From Caldisericia bacterium (GTDB lineage: Bacteria > Caldisericota > Caldisericia > JAAYUI01): a stretch of DNA of 64,000 nt. The notes under the pieces were generated by a model that saw nothing but the letters and a program-made list of their open reading frames with translations, did no database searches and was not told the DNA's origin. Made by a program: the position numbers and the translations under genes. The DNA lies in contig OY771555.1 in NCBI GenBank assembly GCA_963674785.1, forward strand, positions 96,001 to 160,000. Direction: 5' to 3'. Each line of letters starts with the position of its first letter. Position 1 is the stretch's first letter. This document shows positions 29,856 to 40,492 of this stretch, piece by piece.

Positions 29856-32021
29856 CTACGGTGAGAAAACCATCCTTACAGTTCTTGTATCTCCGTCCCA
29901 TGAAACATCAGCACCGAAGGCTTCTGCAATTGCTCTGAATGGAACCATCGTTCGGCCATCTTTTATCTCTGGAGGTGTTGAAATTGACCTTAGTATACCA
30001 TCAACCTCATACTCAGTTTTTCCAACCCAGAGAACAATCGATTTGTCAAATCTTTCAATAACAATTTTCTTTTCTTCACCAATCCACTGTACTTTTGCTC
30101 CGAAAGTTTCTGAAATAAATCTCAGAGGGACAAGTGTTCTTCCTTTGCTTGAAATATATGGAGCAACATCAAGTTGTATTGGTCGGAAATTCACATATGC
30201 AATCGGATTACCAATTGTCATCGCAATTTCAATTTTCGGTTCTGTTGCAATCTTTACACCAACAGAAACCTGTTGACAAACCTCATTTTGAGTTGAAATC
30301 ATGAGTCTTCCAACGGCTTCAGTGCCAGCTGGCACCCTTGATGCATTAACAGTTATTTTTAGAATTGCTTTTTTTCCAACAGAGGTAAAAGTTATCGGCT
30401 CAACATCAATCCATCTGTCTTCACCCATAACCATTCCAGAAACTTCGTCATCGGTATCAAAAGTAATCTGGATAAGTTGGCTTTTTTCTTCACCACGTTC
30501 AATAAACCCAAAATCAATCTCTGTTGGTGCTACATCCATACAAGCTGGGGCTGGTGTGACAACCTTCCACCTAATAACTACATTTGTATCACCACCGTTA
30601 CTCTTGATTTTTAGAAGTGCCTGATGGTTTCCATACTCAAGTCCGGATGGGTCAAGTTTAAGTCTTATTCTTCTATCGCTACCATTGCTGATACCCATAA
30701 AATCTGTTGGGTTGATGGATATATGATTGTCTTCACATGAAAGGTCGCCTTCAAGTTCTGACTCAAACTCATCATTCCTTTTGTTTATGATTGATATGTC
30801 TTTTGTTGGGGTTGAACCAAGTTCAACAACACCAAAATCAACCTCTACTGGCTCAACACCGAGAATAGGACCGGGTGTAAAAGCTTGAACCGTTCCATTC
30901 CAGGTACCAACATAAACTGCATCATTGTAAATTACTGGAGTCGCTTGAACAATAGAACCTAAATCTTCCTTCCAAACCTCATTGCCTGTTCTCCACTCAA
31001 GACAATACAGATGATTATCGTCTGAACCAAAATAGACATGGTCACCACCGATAACAGGTGAAGAGTAATTCCAACTCTCTGTAAAAAAATCCCCCCATAC
31101 TTTTTCGCCACTTTCCTGATAGCAGCATCTCACTTTACGGCTACCTGAACAGATAATCACTTTATCTTCTACTAGAGCTGGGGTTCCAAAAATTTTATCG
31201 CCAATATCTGATGCCTCTAAATGCCATTCAAGAGTTCCATCATCTGCATCCAAACAATAAAAACCTGTCTCATTTGTGCCAAAAAACACCCTTCCGTCTT
31301 TAACCGATGAAGAGGATGTTACTGCAGACTTTGCTTCAAAATGGTTTTTCCAGGCTGAAGTTCCATCTTTCGCTTTGTAAGCATGCAAAAAACTTGAATG
31401 TGAACCACAGAGGATAAAATCCTTTTCAGCATAGTATGTTGGAGATGCCTCAATCATACCTCCAGTTTTTTGAACCCAAACCTGAGTACCATCATATAGA
31501 TCTACACAATAGAGCCTTCCATCATACGAACCAAAATATACCTTGTCCTCAATAACGAGAGGGGATGATCTGATTGCACCATCAGTATGAAATTTCCAAA
31601 CCTCATCACCGTCTTGAAGGTCTGATTTTGCCTGCCTTAGAGCAATACAATACATATTCCCACTGTCAGAACCACACAGGACAACTTCCCCCGCGATTGT
31701 TGGCGAGCTTTGAACAATATCACCAGTTGGGTATGTCCAGTTAATTCTAAATGAACCCGTATCATAACAGTATATGTTTGTATCATGCGAACCGACAACC
31801 GCATATCTTTCAGTTATCGCAATGGATGATCTGATTGAATTTGTAGCCTGATATGCAATTCTTGTCAGAAATGGGGGCGATGCTTTATTTGTCGTGTACC
31901 CAGTACGTGCTGGATCATGATTCAACATCAGCCAATCCTCGCTCTTTTCTTCCTCGGCAAAAACAATCCCAGAAAACAAAAGAACAAACGCCATGATCGT
32001 GATTAATAGTTTTCTCATCAT
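29856..32021 (-). CDS. Secreted PQQ-like (BamB-type) beta-propeller + Ig/BACON-like domains + stalk domain protein
   Basis: Signal peptide, W.M...DPARTG, repeated SSP....VYFGS.DG.LYC.D...G...W blades, VDFG Ig modules, GRTLVPLRFISE. Confidence 0.85.
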   Translation of the reverse strand: MMRKLLITIMAFVLLFSGIVFAEEEKSEDWLMLNHDPARTGYTTNKASPPFLTRIAYQATNSIRSSIAITERYAVVGSHDTNIYCYDTGSFRINWTYPTGDIVQSSPTIAGEVVLCGSDSGNMYCIALRQAKSDLQDGDEVWKFHTDGAIRSSPLVIEDKVYFGSYDGRLYCVDLYDGTQVWVQKTGGMIEASPTYYAEKDFILCGSHSSFLHAYKAKDGTSAWKNHFEAKSAVTSSSSVKDGRVFFGTNETGFYCLDADDGTLEWHLEASDIGDKIFGTPALVEDKVIICSGSRKVRCCYQESGEKVWGDFFTESWNYSSPVIGGDHVYFGSDDNHLYCLEWRTGNEVWKEDLGSIVQATPVIYNDAVYVGTWNGTVQAFTPGPILGVEPVEVDFGVVELGSTPTKDISIINKRNDEFESELEGDLSCEDNHISINPTDFMGISNGSDRRIRLKLDPSGLEYGNHQALLKIKSNGGDTNVVIRWKVVTPAPACMDVAPTEIDFGFIERGEEKSQLIQITFDTDDEVSGMVMGEDRWIDVEPITFTSVGKKAILKITVNASRVPAGTEAVGRLMISTQNEVCQQVSVGVKIATEPKIEIAMTIGNPIAYVNFRPIQLDVAPYISSKGRTLVPLRFISETFGAKVQWIGEEKKIVIERFDKSIVLWVGKTEYEVDGILRSISTPPEIKDGRTMVPFRAIAEAFGADVSWDGDTRTVRMVFSP

Positions 32022-32231
32022 GAAAAATACAATAGCATAAAAAAAATGTTTAATCAAATTTTTATGAAGGATTTCTCCCCATGAAACCAAAAACCAAATA
32101 GGACTCATTAGCAAGAAGATTTCTTCAAATTCCAAAGCACACTCGCTGAATAATTATACATAATATTAAATATTAAACAAGTATCAATCTCTTTGTTGTT
32201 TAAAAATGTCGAAAACATAATATTAGTTGCA

Positions 32232-33416
32232 ATGAAGAGGAGCTGTATCTTGATCGTTCTAGACGGATTGGGCATTGGCCCAATGTCAGATTCCTCGGAC
32301 TATGGTGACGATGGCGCAAACACTCTCAAACATGCCACTGGTAATGGAAAACTTCCCTTGCCAAACCTGGAAAAATTTGGACTCTATAATTTTCTTGCTA
32401 GAGACAAACAACCATCAAAAGCTAGTTGGTCTGAGATATGCCCGAGGTCTATCGGTAAGTCCTCTATAGAGGGACACTGGGAGATGATGGGTATCGTTAC
32501 AAAAAAGAAGATGCCAACTTATCCTAACGGTTTCTCAGAAGACATTTTAAACGAGCTTTCTTCAAGAATTGGAAGAGATGTATTGTTCGGTGAACCTGCA
32601 TCAGGGACTGAAATCATAAACAGATTAGGTGGACTTCACATGGAGACAGGTTCTCCAATCGTATATACATCTGCTGATTCAGTCCTTCAAATTGCAGCCC
32701 ACGAAGACGTTATCCCCGTAAAAGAGCTTTATGAAATATGCTATGTTGCAAGGCATATGATGGTTGGAGAAAATGAAGTTGCCAGAATCATTGCAAGACC
32801 TTTCGTTGGAACTCAGGAAAACTTTAAACGAACAAACAGGAGGAAAGATTTTCCCGTACAGATTCCAATACCGAACAATCTCTTCAAAATAAGAGAAGCA
32901 AACATCCCAATATCATGCGTCGGAAGAACAACAGATTTTTTCGGTAACTATTGCACAAGGAGCGACAAACCTGTAAATATTGAGGAATCCCTTCAATCAA
33001 CAAGGATGTACAAGAAACTTCTTGGTGGATTCATCTTCCTTAACCTTGGAGATTTTGACAGCAAATATGGACATAGACGTGATGTTGATGGGTTTGCAAA
33101 TGAACTGAAAAAGCTTGATGAGCTTTGGGAATCTTTCCTTCAACCCCTCACATCAAATGATCTTTTGATCGTAACATCTGATCACGGCAATGACCCAACA
33201 AACACAACTCACACTGACCATACACGGGAAAAAACATTTGTTCTTGCACTTTTAAAAGGGTTTGAAGGACTGAAACTTGAAAACATCGAAATGGTCGATA
33301 TAAGCGCAACCATCTGTGATTTCTTTGGATTAACCCCTGAAAACGGCAAATCTTTTTTGAAGCAAGTCATGAAGAAGAAAAAAAGAAGGACTACTGGTTT
33401 CAACTCAGCTTCATAA
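32232..33416 (+). CDS. deoB: Phosphopentomutase
   Basis: IVLDGLGIG, GHWEMMG, IVYTSADSVLQIAAHE, DFDSKYGHRRD, SDHGNDP, DHTRE. Confidence 0.93.
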   Translation: MKRSCILIVLDGLGIGPMSDSSDYGDDGANTLKHATGNGKLPLPNLEKFGLYNFLARDKQPSKASWSEICPRSIGKSSIEGHWEMMGIVTKKKMPTYPNGFSEDILNELSSRIGRDVLFGEPASGTEIINRLGGLHMETGSPIVYTSADSVLQIAAHEDVIPVKELYEICYVARHMMVGENEVARIIARPFVGTQENFKRTNRRKDFPVQIPIPNNLFKIREANIPISCVGRTTDFFGNYCTRSDKPVNIEESLQSTRMYKKLLGGFIFLNLGDFDSKYGHRRDVDGFANELKKLDELWESFLQPLTSNDLLIVTSDHGNDPTNTTHTDHTREKTFVLALLKGFEGLKLENIEMVDISATICDFFGLTPENGKSFLKQVMKKKKRRTTGFNSAS

Positions 33417-33467
33417 GCATAAAAAAAGACCTTGCCTTATCCAAAATTATTTATAAAGTCATAAATA

Positions 33468-34235
33468 ATGAATGACGTTTCTGTTGCAAAAATCTGGAGG
33501 GAATTCACAAAGTCTGATTATCCCATAACAGACTCCAGTCAGATTAATCCACTAGCTTTTTCAATTTTGCTGGATGAAATCCATGATTCAGAATTTCGAA
33601 GAACTCCTGAATGGCATATTAATGAAGGAAGACTCTGTTTTATGCCTAGACTTCGAAACGAAAAACATCAAATCTGTATAAGATTCAAGAAAGACTCAGG
33701 TGGCAACTGGAAATTTCACTCAACACTACCAGTTAACACTAGGATAGATAAAATCGAATCCATTCCAACAAATTGTTTTCCTACATTACCCATACAGGAA
33801 CTTAGATGGAAAAGGGAAACCTTTGAAACTGAGATGAGGGTTGATCTTTTCAACACTCTGAAGGAACTTAAAGGCTCACAATTTGCAATTGAGTGGTTTG
33901 CAGACGGTGATGAGTTCAGAGAGCTAATAATCGAAATGCTCCCATTTTTGCCATGTCACAAAGCATTTATTTACTATAAGTGCTGGTTCCACTCTCAACT
34001 GCTTGGCGAGACTACAAATCTTTTAGTATTTGATGAAAACAAAGCTGAGATCGAACTTGAAAGATGCAAGCATCTTGCAATATATGAGCAAAACAGGAAG
34101 ATCAAAAAGCAAATCGACAAGAGAACCTATCTAGCTTTATATGAAACAACCTGGGATGATAGAGCAGGAAAATGTGGATGGAACGTAAAGATTTCATATT
34201 CTGATTTGTCTACTCACTTTCTTTTGACAAGATGA
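33468..34235 (+). CDS. Hypothetical protein
   Basis: 255-aa ORF overlapping the next gene (ATGA); no function recognised. Confidence 0.65.
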   Translation: MNDVSVAKIWREFTKSDYPITDSSQINPLAFSILLDEIHDSEFRRTPEWHINEGRLCFMPRLRNEKHQICIRFKKDSGGNWKFHSTLPVNTRIDKIESIPTNCFPTLPIQELRWKRETFETEMRVDLFNTLKELKGSQFAIEWFADGDEFRELIIEMLPFLPCHKAFIYYKCWFHSQLLGETTNLLVFDENKAEIELERCKHLAIYEQNRKIKKQIDKRTYLALYETTWDDRAGKCGWNVKISYSDLSTHFLLTR

Positions 34236-34615
34236 GGATCGCAATTCCATCTTTTCAAAACCATAAAAATTCTTTTCTCTCCAGTCATTTCGGTAAAGCA
34301 ACCTATATGGCAATAATAGATGTTGAAGGAAAAGATATTAAATTCGACTTCAAACCATTCCCCCACGAAACATGTGGCGAACTCGCCCTAAAATTGAAAA
34401 AAGAGGGCATTGAATTGATCCTTACAAACGCTTTGGCTGCAAGGATTTTGCAAGTATTTCAGAAGTTTGGAATCAAAGTCTATAGGAGTTTTGGCCTTAC
34501 AATTTCTGAAGCACTCTCAAGCTACCTATCTGGAAAAATCGAAGAATTACCTGCAAATGATATCCATCATCATCCACCAAACCCAGGCATAAAAGGTGGG
34601 ATTAAGAGCTCTTGA
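34232..34615 (+). CDS. NifB/NifX family (FeMo-cofactor-binding fold) protein
   Basis: MRIAIPS...SHFGKA...GI.VY. Confidence 0.85.
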   Translation: MRIAIPSFQNHKNSFLSSHFGKATYMAIIDVEGKDIKFDFKPFPHETCGELALKLKKEGIELILTNALAARILQVFQKFGIKVYRSFGLTISEALSSYLSGKIEELPANDIHHHPPNPGIKGGIKSS

Positions 34616-34655
34616 CAAGCATGCTATAAAATGTATTATGAACATATGCTCATAA
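34612..34655 (+). promoter_or_regulatory. Promoter TTGACA-16-TATTAT with 20-bp palindromic operator
   Basis: TTATGAACATATGCTCATAA (34636-34655) is a near-perfect inverted repeat upstream of the DUF134 gene. Confidence 0.7.
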
Positions 34656-34667
34656 ATAAGGTAACGT

Positions 34668-35324
34668 ATGCCTAGACCAAAACATTGCAGATTTGTAAGC
34701 AAACATCGAGATGAATATGCTGAAACATGCACAAAAAAGATAGTTATTCATTCTGATGAACTTGAGGCGTTAAGGCTTAATGCAATCGAGTCGCTACATC
34801 AAGAAAAAGCTGCAAAAATGATGGGAGTTTCCAGGGCTACTTATGGTAGAATTTTGAAATCCTGTCTTAAAAAGGTTGCGTTGGCATTGGTTTCTGGACA
34901 TGAGATAATCGTTTCAGATGTTCCTTGGGTTGTGAGTGAAAAAGTTTCGAAGGAGAAAAAAATGAACAAAATTATTGCACTTCCAGTTATGAATAATGAT
35001 GAAAACACAGAGGTTTCTGCCCACTTCGGACATGCCCCATTCTTTGCAATTGTCTCTGATAAAGACATCAGCTTCATTGAAAACCATCATGGTGGTGGAT
35101 GCGGGGATGTTGTGCAGGTTCTTAAGAACAAAGATGTGGATGTCCTACTTGTAAAGGGTATTGGTGGAAGACCAAAAATTATCTGCGACCAGTTGGGAAT
35201 CGAAGTATACAGAGCATACGGAAATACAATTTCAGAATGCGTTAAGGCATGGGGAGAAGGATCAAACGAGACAGACGTTTCCTGTAACCATAAATCCGAA
35301 GACCACAAAAACTGCAACCACTAA
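34668..35324 (+). CDS. DUF134 (UPF0251) HTH domain fused to NifB/NifX domain
   Basis: MPRPK.CR, DELEALRL...QEKAAKMMGVSRATYGRIL; then IALPV...SAHFGHAPFF...GIGGRP. Confidence 0.88.
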   Translation: MPRPKHCRFVSKHRDEYAETCTKKIVIHSDELEALRLNAIESLHQEKAAKMMGVSRATYGRILKSCLKKVALALVSGHEIIVSDVPWVVSEKVSKEKKMNKIIALPVMNNDENTEVSAHFGHAPFFAIVSDKDISFIENHHGGGCGDVVQVLKNKDVDVLLVKGIGGRPKIICDQLGIEVYRAYGNTISECVKAWGEGSNETDVSCNHKSEDHKNCNH

Positions 35325-35379
35325 CAGTCTTTAGATCACGAAAACAATCAGGTAGTCTGTAAAGCCAGCTTGGCGTGAA

Positions 35380-35826
35380 TCAGGCTATCTGATTTGTTCC
35401 CACTTCATCACCCAGATCATCATCTTCAACGTCGAAATCATCTTCGATTGACCAATCTTCTTTTTCCTCTTCCTCGTCGGTCTCATCCGATACATAGGCA
35501 AGAAAATCATCAACCAATTCCTCCGCTTTTGAGGCGTTCTGAGCAAGCGTTACAACCAAAACACTGTCGCTGGAAGTGTCTTTTAAAAGCTCTCTTGCAG
35601 GCGAATCAAAATCAACATACGCTGCAGAAATATCGTTGTTTCTTAAAAACTCAACAAGAGCTTGAGCCTCTGATAAAGACTCTGCGGTGTACACAACCAC
35701 CGGAACAATGTCTGATTCTAATTCAGATTCATCATAGAGAGTGATATCCTCATCGCACTCTTGACATATCTCGTCTTCAAGATTGATAAAAGACCCACAA
35801 CTCGGACACACATATATCCCTTTCAT
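35380..35826 (-). CDS. Double zinc-ribbon + DUF2007-like small protein with acidic tail
   Basis: CPSCG...CQEC, VVVYTA....EA......L..NDI.A. Confidence 0.7.
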   Translation of the reverse strand: MKGIYVCPSCGSFINLEDEICQECDEDITLYDESELESDIVPVVVYTAESLSEAQALVEFLRNNDISAAYVDFDSPARELLKDTSSDSVLVVTLAQNASKAEELVDDFLAYVSDETDEEEEKEDWSIEDDFDVEDDDLGDEVGTNQIA

Positions 35827-35925
35827 TAGATTTCAATTCTATTAATTCCATTTCTATCTGTCAAATACAAATGGTTTAATTTTTTCTTGATATTTTCTGC
35901 TAGTATTATTGAATCGAGGTGTGGA

Positions 35926-37443
35926 ATGAAGACAGTTTTTTCAATAGTTTGCTCAACAATTCTTTTACTTACTCCAATATTGGATTTTGACGTTATACCA
36001 AAAAGCATTCAGTTTGAGGTTAAAAATGGGAGGGTATCTCCAAAAAGTGCATTGGTAATAATCCAATGTCCAGATGATACACCATGGAAAGCTGAATATC
36101 CGGAAGGATTCGGGGGAGAAAAAGAAGGAATTGGTGCGAAAAATCTAATCATTCATCCCCTCGGTGACCTAAGTACCGCATCTGAAGAATCGGCTCTGAA
36201 AATAACCTCTGGAAATGTAACAAAAAGTATAGAAATAATGGTAAATCGGGAGAAGATAATAAACTTTGACCTGCGAATCTTTCCTGAAAGAAGAGTTTTT
36301 CATCCAGGGGGCTCCGGTGAATTTGTATTCCTCATCACATGTCCTGATGAAACTGCATGTGGACAGATAAAATTCACTGAACCAGCAGAAAAACCGAGCG
36401 GCAGGGTCGCTGTAATGCCCAACTACCTCACACCTCCAGGAATTGCAAAAATTGCGATGAGTTCAAGCATTCACACAAAACCAAATTCCTTCAATCTTCC
36501 CGTTAAAGCAAATTCAAAAAACAGAAAATTCAGTGGGATAATAAAGTCGGAAGTCGTTGAACTTGGAGACCTACCCGAAAAACCAATTGCTGAGATCTCA
36601 ACAGATAATGTTTCATTTATTCCAGGAATTGATGAAGCTGGAAAAATCATCACAATCACACCTGATTCTGATACAAAAAACTTCCGTTGGGAGGCAGTAC
36701 CTGATAAACCCTGGATTGATTTTGAACCAAACCATGGATACGGAAACGCAAGAATTAAGGTCAATCTATACAAGGATGGACTAACCACTGATGTCGATTC
36801 AGGTAAAATAATCTTCACATTTCCAGGCATGGAAACCATCACAAGGGAAGTCGTGGTTGATCTTCTTCCAAACCCAACAGAAAACTTTTTCGTATCTCCC
36901 AAGACAGTTTTTCTAGGTCCGCTTGAAACTCTTTTTTCGAAACCACAAATAGAGATTGATGTTCTTACAGATACATCATGGGAGATAATTGAAAAACCAG
37001 AATGGTTGAATCTGTCACAAGAAAATGGGGTTGGAAAAACCATTATCGATTGTGACATCATTGAAGATTTTGAAAGCAACGAAAGGATGGTTGAATCAGA
37101 AGTAGTTATAAGGCTTTCAGACTATAAAGAATCCATTCTGTCGGTCAAAATCATGAACCTGACAACAAATAAATTCCTACCAGAAAAAGTGGACTGCAAA
37201 AAATCAGGAAACGTCTACAAGACAGATTTCTTCTGTGCAACATTCGATGGCAATGAAAACCTCTTTTTCATGCAACCAAACAACGGGTGGTTAGTTAGAC
37301 CAAACCTATCTGATTACCCAAAAATTGGACTTTCCATTTACAGACTTTGGGGGAACGATAACACTGAAACGCTGAAGGTTTTCAGGGTTATCCCAGGATT
37401 TAATCCAGAGCTTTATCTGTTGGATGTTTCTCTAATCGATTAG
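35926..37443 (+). CDS. Secreted BACON/Ig-like repeat protein
   Basis: Signal peptide; W.A..DKPWI.F.P..G.G and W....KPEWL.LSQ..G.G BACON-like motifs. Confidence 0.7.
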   Translation: MKTVFSIVCSTILLLTPILDFDVIPKSIQFEVKNGRVSPKSALVIIQCPDDTPWKAEYPEGFGGEKEGIGAKNLIIHPLGDLSTASEESALKITSGNVTKSIEIMVNREKIINFDLRIFPERRVFHPGGSGEFVFLITCPDETACGQIKFTEPAEKPSGRVAVMPNYLTPPGIAKIAMSSSIHTKPNSFNLPVKANSKNRKFSGIIKSEVVELGDLPEKPIAEISTDNVSFIPGIDEAGKIITITPDSDTKNFRWEAVPDKPWIDFEPNHGYGNARIKVNLYKDGLTTDVDSGKIIFTFPGMETITREVVVDLLPNPTENFFVSPKTVFLGPLETLFSKPQIEIDVLTDTSWEIIEKPEWLNLSQENGVGKTIIDCDIIEDFESNERMVESEVVIRLSDYKESILSVKIMNLTTNKFLPEKVDCKKSGNVYKTDFFCATFDGNENLFFMQPNNGWLVRPNLSDYPKIGLSIYRLWGNDNTETLKVFRVIPGFNPELYLLDVSLID

Positions 37444-38089
37444 CCCAGTATATCGTTGAAAGATACATTCCAAGTAGAATAAATCCCCCAACTTCTATAT
37501 ACATCGACAACCAGCTCAGATAAGTTGGCGCAAATTTCATTGGGAAAGCAAGTGCAATCATCATAACTGAAATTGCAAGCATTCCGCCTTTTTTCCTCAA
37601 TAATAGAATAGCAGTTGGAATAGTTATCAATCCAGGAATAAGGATTACAATCGCAAAATTTGAAACAGAGAAGATACTTGGGGCAATCAACGCCAACAAA
37701 ATGACAGGTAAAAACCCAAGATATAACCACAACCCATAATCAAATATTTTTATTCTCGCTGAAACATAAACAAGGAATCCACAACCGATTGTCAAAAGTG
37801 TTGGAAAACCGTACATCCCTGCCCAATTACCCGAAAGAACTCCAAGCTGGAAAATTGTCAAAAGACCATACGCAAGAAAAATAATTGTTGCACCGATTGC
37901 GACTTCAGTTTTCCCAAGCCACCAGGAAAGAATCATCACACCAGCTGGAACAATCAAACTAAAAATTATAAAAAACCAAGAGTTGGCTGTTGGCATCTGC
38001 AGATTTGGGATAATACCCAACTCCTGTAAACCTATGACCGCCACAAAAACTCCAACAAAAATCAAAATACCCGTATATTTACGTTTCAT
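37400..38089 (-). CDS. Hypothetical multi-pass membrane protein
   Basis: About 7-8 hydrophobic segments. Confidence 0.7.
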   Translation of the reverse strand: MKRKYTGILIFVGVFVAVIGLQELGIIPNLQMPTANSWFFIIFSLIVPAGVMILSWWLGKTEVAIGATIIFLAYGLLTIFQLGVLSGNWAGMYGFPTLLTIGCGFLVYVSARIKIFDYGLWLYLGFLPVILLALIAPSIFSVSNFAIVILIPGLITIPTAILLLRKKGGMLAISVMMIALAFPMKFAPTYLSWLSMYIEVGGFILLGMYLSTIYWANRLEKHPTDKALD

Positions 38090-38183
38090 AAAATTAAAAA
38101 TACCATGTAGCAAGTAAATTTCAATGTTGAATTAAAATTGACTACATTTAAAATGAACTCGAATACGCAAAAAGGGGTTCTTC

Positions 38184-39413
38184 ATGGAAAGCAGAATAAA
38201 AGATATTCGTCTCGCCCCAAAGGGACACCAAAAAATTGAATGGATCAAACCAAGAATGCCCGTTCTCACAGGGCTTGTAGATGAACTATCTGGGAAGTTT
38301 TCAGGAGTTTATATCTCGATGTCAATTCATCTTGAAGCAAAAACCGCATACATGGCACAAATCATGGCAAAATGTGGAGCAAAAGTTGCCATTTGTGGTT
38401 CAAACCCACTCTCAACCCAAGATGATGTTGTAGCGGCACTTGCTGAGTCGGGAGTTACTGTTTTTGCTCATCATGGTGAAACAGATGCAGACCATGCAAA
38501 AAACATAGAATCAACACTCTCAATTAACCCTGACCTTGTGCTTGATGATGGCGCAGACTTGATTGCAACAATCTCAGATACCAAGAGAGAACACAGAGTA
38601 CTTTGTGCAACCGAGGAGACAACATCAGGAATAACAAGGATGAAAGCGCTTGCAGCAGCAGGAAAACTTCCATGCCCAGTGATTGCTGTAAATGATGCCC
38701 AATCAAAATATCTCTTTGATAACAGGTATGGAACAGGTCAATCATCATGGGACGGAATAATGAGAACCACGAACCTCACGGTTTGTGGAAAAACCGTTGT
38801 TATTGGTGGATATGGTTGGGTTGGACGAGGTCTTGCAATGAGGGCATCTGGAATGGGTGCCAGAGTCATCGTCACAGAGGTTAATCCAATCCGTGCGATG
38901 GAAGCGCATTTTGATGGATTCAGAGTGATGCAGATGATTGAAGCCGCGCCACTTGGAGATATCTTCATCACCGCAACTGGGGACACAAACATCGTCGATA
39001 CAAGACATTTTGAGAGCATCAAAAATGGTGCAATTTTATCAAACGCCGGACACTTTGATGTTGAAGTCGAAATGAATGAACTGAATGCACTTGCAATCTC
39101 AAAAAGAATCGTCAGGGATAATATCACTGAGTACACTCTTCCGTCTGGTAAAGTGCTCAACGTGCTTGGTGAGGGAAGACTTGTAAATCTTGCCTGTGGT
39201 GATGGTCATCCAGCCGAGATAATGGATTTATCATTTGCTCTTCAAGCTCTCTCATTACTTCACGGGCTTGAAAACGGAAAAAACATGAGCAAAGATGTCC
39301 ACAAGGTTCCTGAGGCAACCGATGAAAGAGTCGCGAAACTAAAGCTTAAATCTCACGGAATCAATATTGATAAACTTACTGAAAAACAGAAGAAATACCT
39401 TGCCTCCTGGTAG
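38184..39413 (+). CDS. ahcY: Adenosylhomocysteinase
   Basis: HLEAKTA, SNPLSTQDDV, EETTSG, FDNRYGTGQS, GYGWVGRG, GDGHPAEIMDLSF. Confidence 0.97.
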   Translation: MESRIKDIRLAPKGHQKIEWIKPRMPVLTGLVDELSGKFSGVYISMSIHLEAKTAYMAQIMAKCGAKVAICGSNPLSTQDDVVAALAESGVTVFAHHGETDADHAKNIESTLSINPDLVLDDGADLIATISDTKREHRVLCATEETTSGITRMKALAAAGKLPCPVIAVNDAQSKYLFDNRYGTGQSSWDGIMRTTNLTVCGKTVVIGGYGWVGRGLAMRASGMGARVIVTEVNPIRAMEAHFDGFRVMQMIEAAPLGDIFITATGDTNIVDTRHFESIKNGAILSNAGHFDVEVEMNELNALAISKRIVRDNITEYTLPSGKVLNVLGEGRLVNLACGDGHPAEIMDLSFALQALSLLHGLENGKNMSKDVHKVPEATDERVAKLKLKSHGINIDKLTEKQKKYLASW

Positions 39414-39503
39414 GTTTACATAAAAAGTAATGTATGATACAATCGACATATAAAGGGATAGAAACCAATAGAAATCTAAACAGATGAAAGGGGTTCAATA
39501 AAA

Positions 39504-39908
39504 ATGGCAAAACTTGAATACGTTGAAGGAATCGGAGAAAAATACGCGGATAAGCTCAGGAAAGCTGGTGTTGCATCAACTGATGCGTTACTTGAGATGG
39601 GATCAACACCAAAGGGAAGAAAAGAAATCGCAGAAAAAGCAGACATCAGCGACAAACTGGTTTTAGAATGGGTCAACCACGTTGACCTCTTCAGAATTAA
39701 GGGTGTTGGTCAGGAATATGCAGACCTTCTTGAAGAAGCAGGTGTTGACACAGTTCCAGAGCTTGCTCAGAGAAACGCAGAAAACCTCACCAAAAAAATG
39801 GAAGAAGTAAACGAGCAGAAAAAACTTGTCAGAAAACTTCCAGAACTTAAAATCGTTGAAGACTGGATAGCACAAGCAAAAGAGCTTCCAAGAGTGATTA
39901 AGTACTAA
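39504..39908 (+). CDS. DUF4332 (HhH) domain protein
   Basis: EGIGEKYA..L, DLFRIKGVGQEYADLLE.AGVDTVPELAQRN. Confidence 0.92.
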   Translation: MAKLEYVEGIGEKYADKLRKAGVASTDALLEMGSTPKGRKEIAEKADISDKLVLEWVNHVDLFRIKGVGQEYADLLEEAGVDTVPELAQRNAENLTKKMEEVNEQKKLVRKLPELKIVEDWIAQAKELPRVIKY

Positions 39909-39936
39909 GCACAACATCAAATAAATAAACTCAGAG

Positions 39937-39968
39937 CCCAGCTTGTTGCAAGCTGGGTGTTTTATTTT
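39937..39968 (+). terminator. Terminator between DUF4332 gene and the convergent paralog array
   Basis: CCCAGCTTG...CAAGCTGGG followed by T-rich tract. Confidence 0.7.
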
Positions 39969-39984
39969 AAGCTCTAGTACTAGA

Positions 39985-40488
39985 TTATAGCTCTTTATAA
40001 ATCTCCCATACTTTACCTTGTGATTCTCCGATAGTTCTCCTGATCCCCATATAAAACAGTGAGTTCATATGAGGTTCTATTTCTATATCTTGAGTGCTTC
40101 CCACAAACTCAATCGGATCAAAAAAAGAGATGCTATTGTGTCCATCTTCGAGTACTAGTTTGAAATAAGTATGGTGAGAAAATCTTGTTATTGGACATGT
40201 TTTTATTACTGCATCAAATTGTGGATTTCTAAAAACCCGCTTCGATAAAATCCCTTTTACAATAATTTGTGGCTCATTATCAACATATTCAAGTGTTATT
40301 TTCATCCTCATAAAAGCTCGTGACGCAGCATAGAAAAGAATCGCAACAATAAACACAGCAAAAATGGACATATGAAATCCATCGGTACCAAAAGTTATCA
40401 ACACAACAAACAAAATTAATAAGCCAAACACAAGCATCCATGCCTGTCTTGCAGGGTCATTTAAAACTGTACATTCAATTCTTTTCAT
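39985..40488 (-). CDS. 2-TM membrane protein, array member 6 (no acidic PF tail)
   Basis: N-terminal TM hairpin, YFKLVLED, ends VWEIYKEL like its paralogs. Confidence 0.75.
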   Translation of the reverse strand: MKRIECTVLNDPARQAWMLVFGLLILFVVLITFGTDGFHMSIFAVFIVAILFYAASRAFMRMKITLEYVDNEPQIIVKGILSKRVFRNPQFDAVIKTCPITRFSHHTYFKLVLEDGHNSISFFDPIEFVGSTQDIEIEPHMNSLFYMGIRRTIGESQGKVWEIYKEL

Positions 40489-40492
40489 ATTT

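Noticed and set aside
34232-35324. Nitrogen fixation genes
   Set aside because: NifB/NifX-fold proteins are common in non-diazotrophs; no nifHDK in the window
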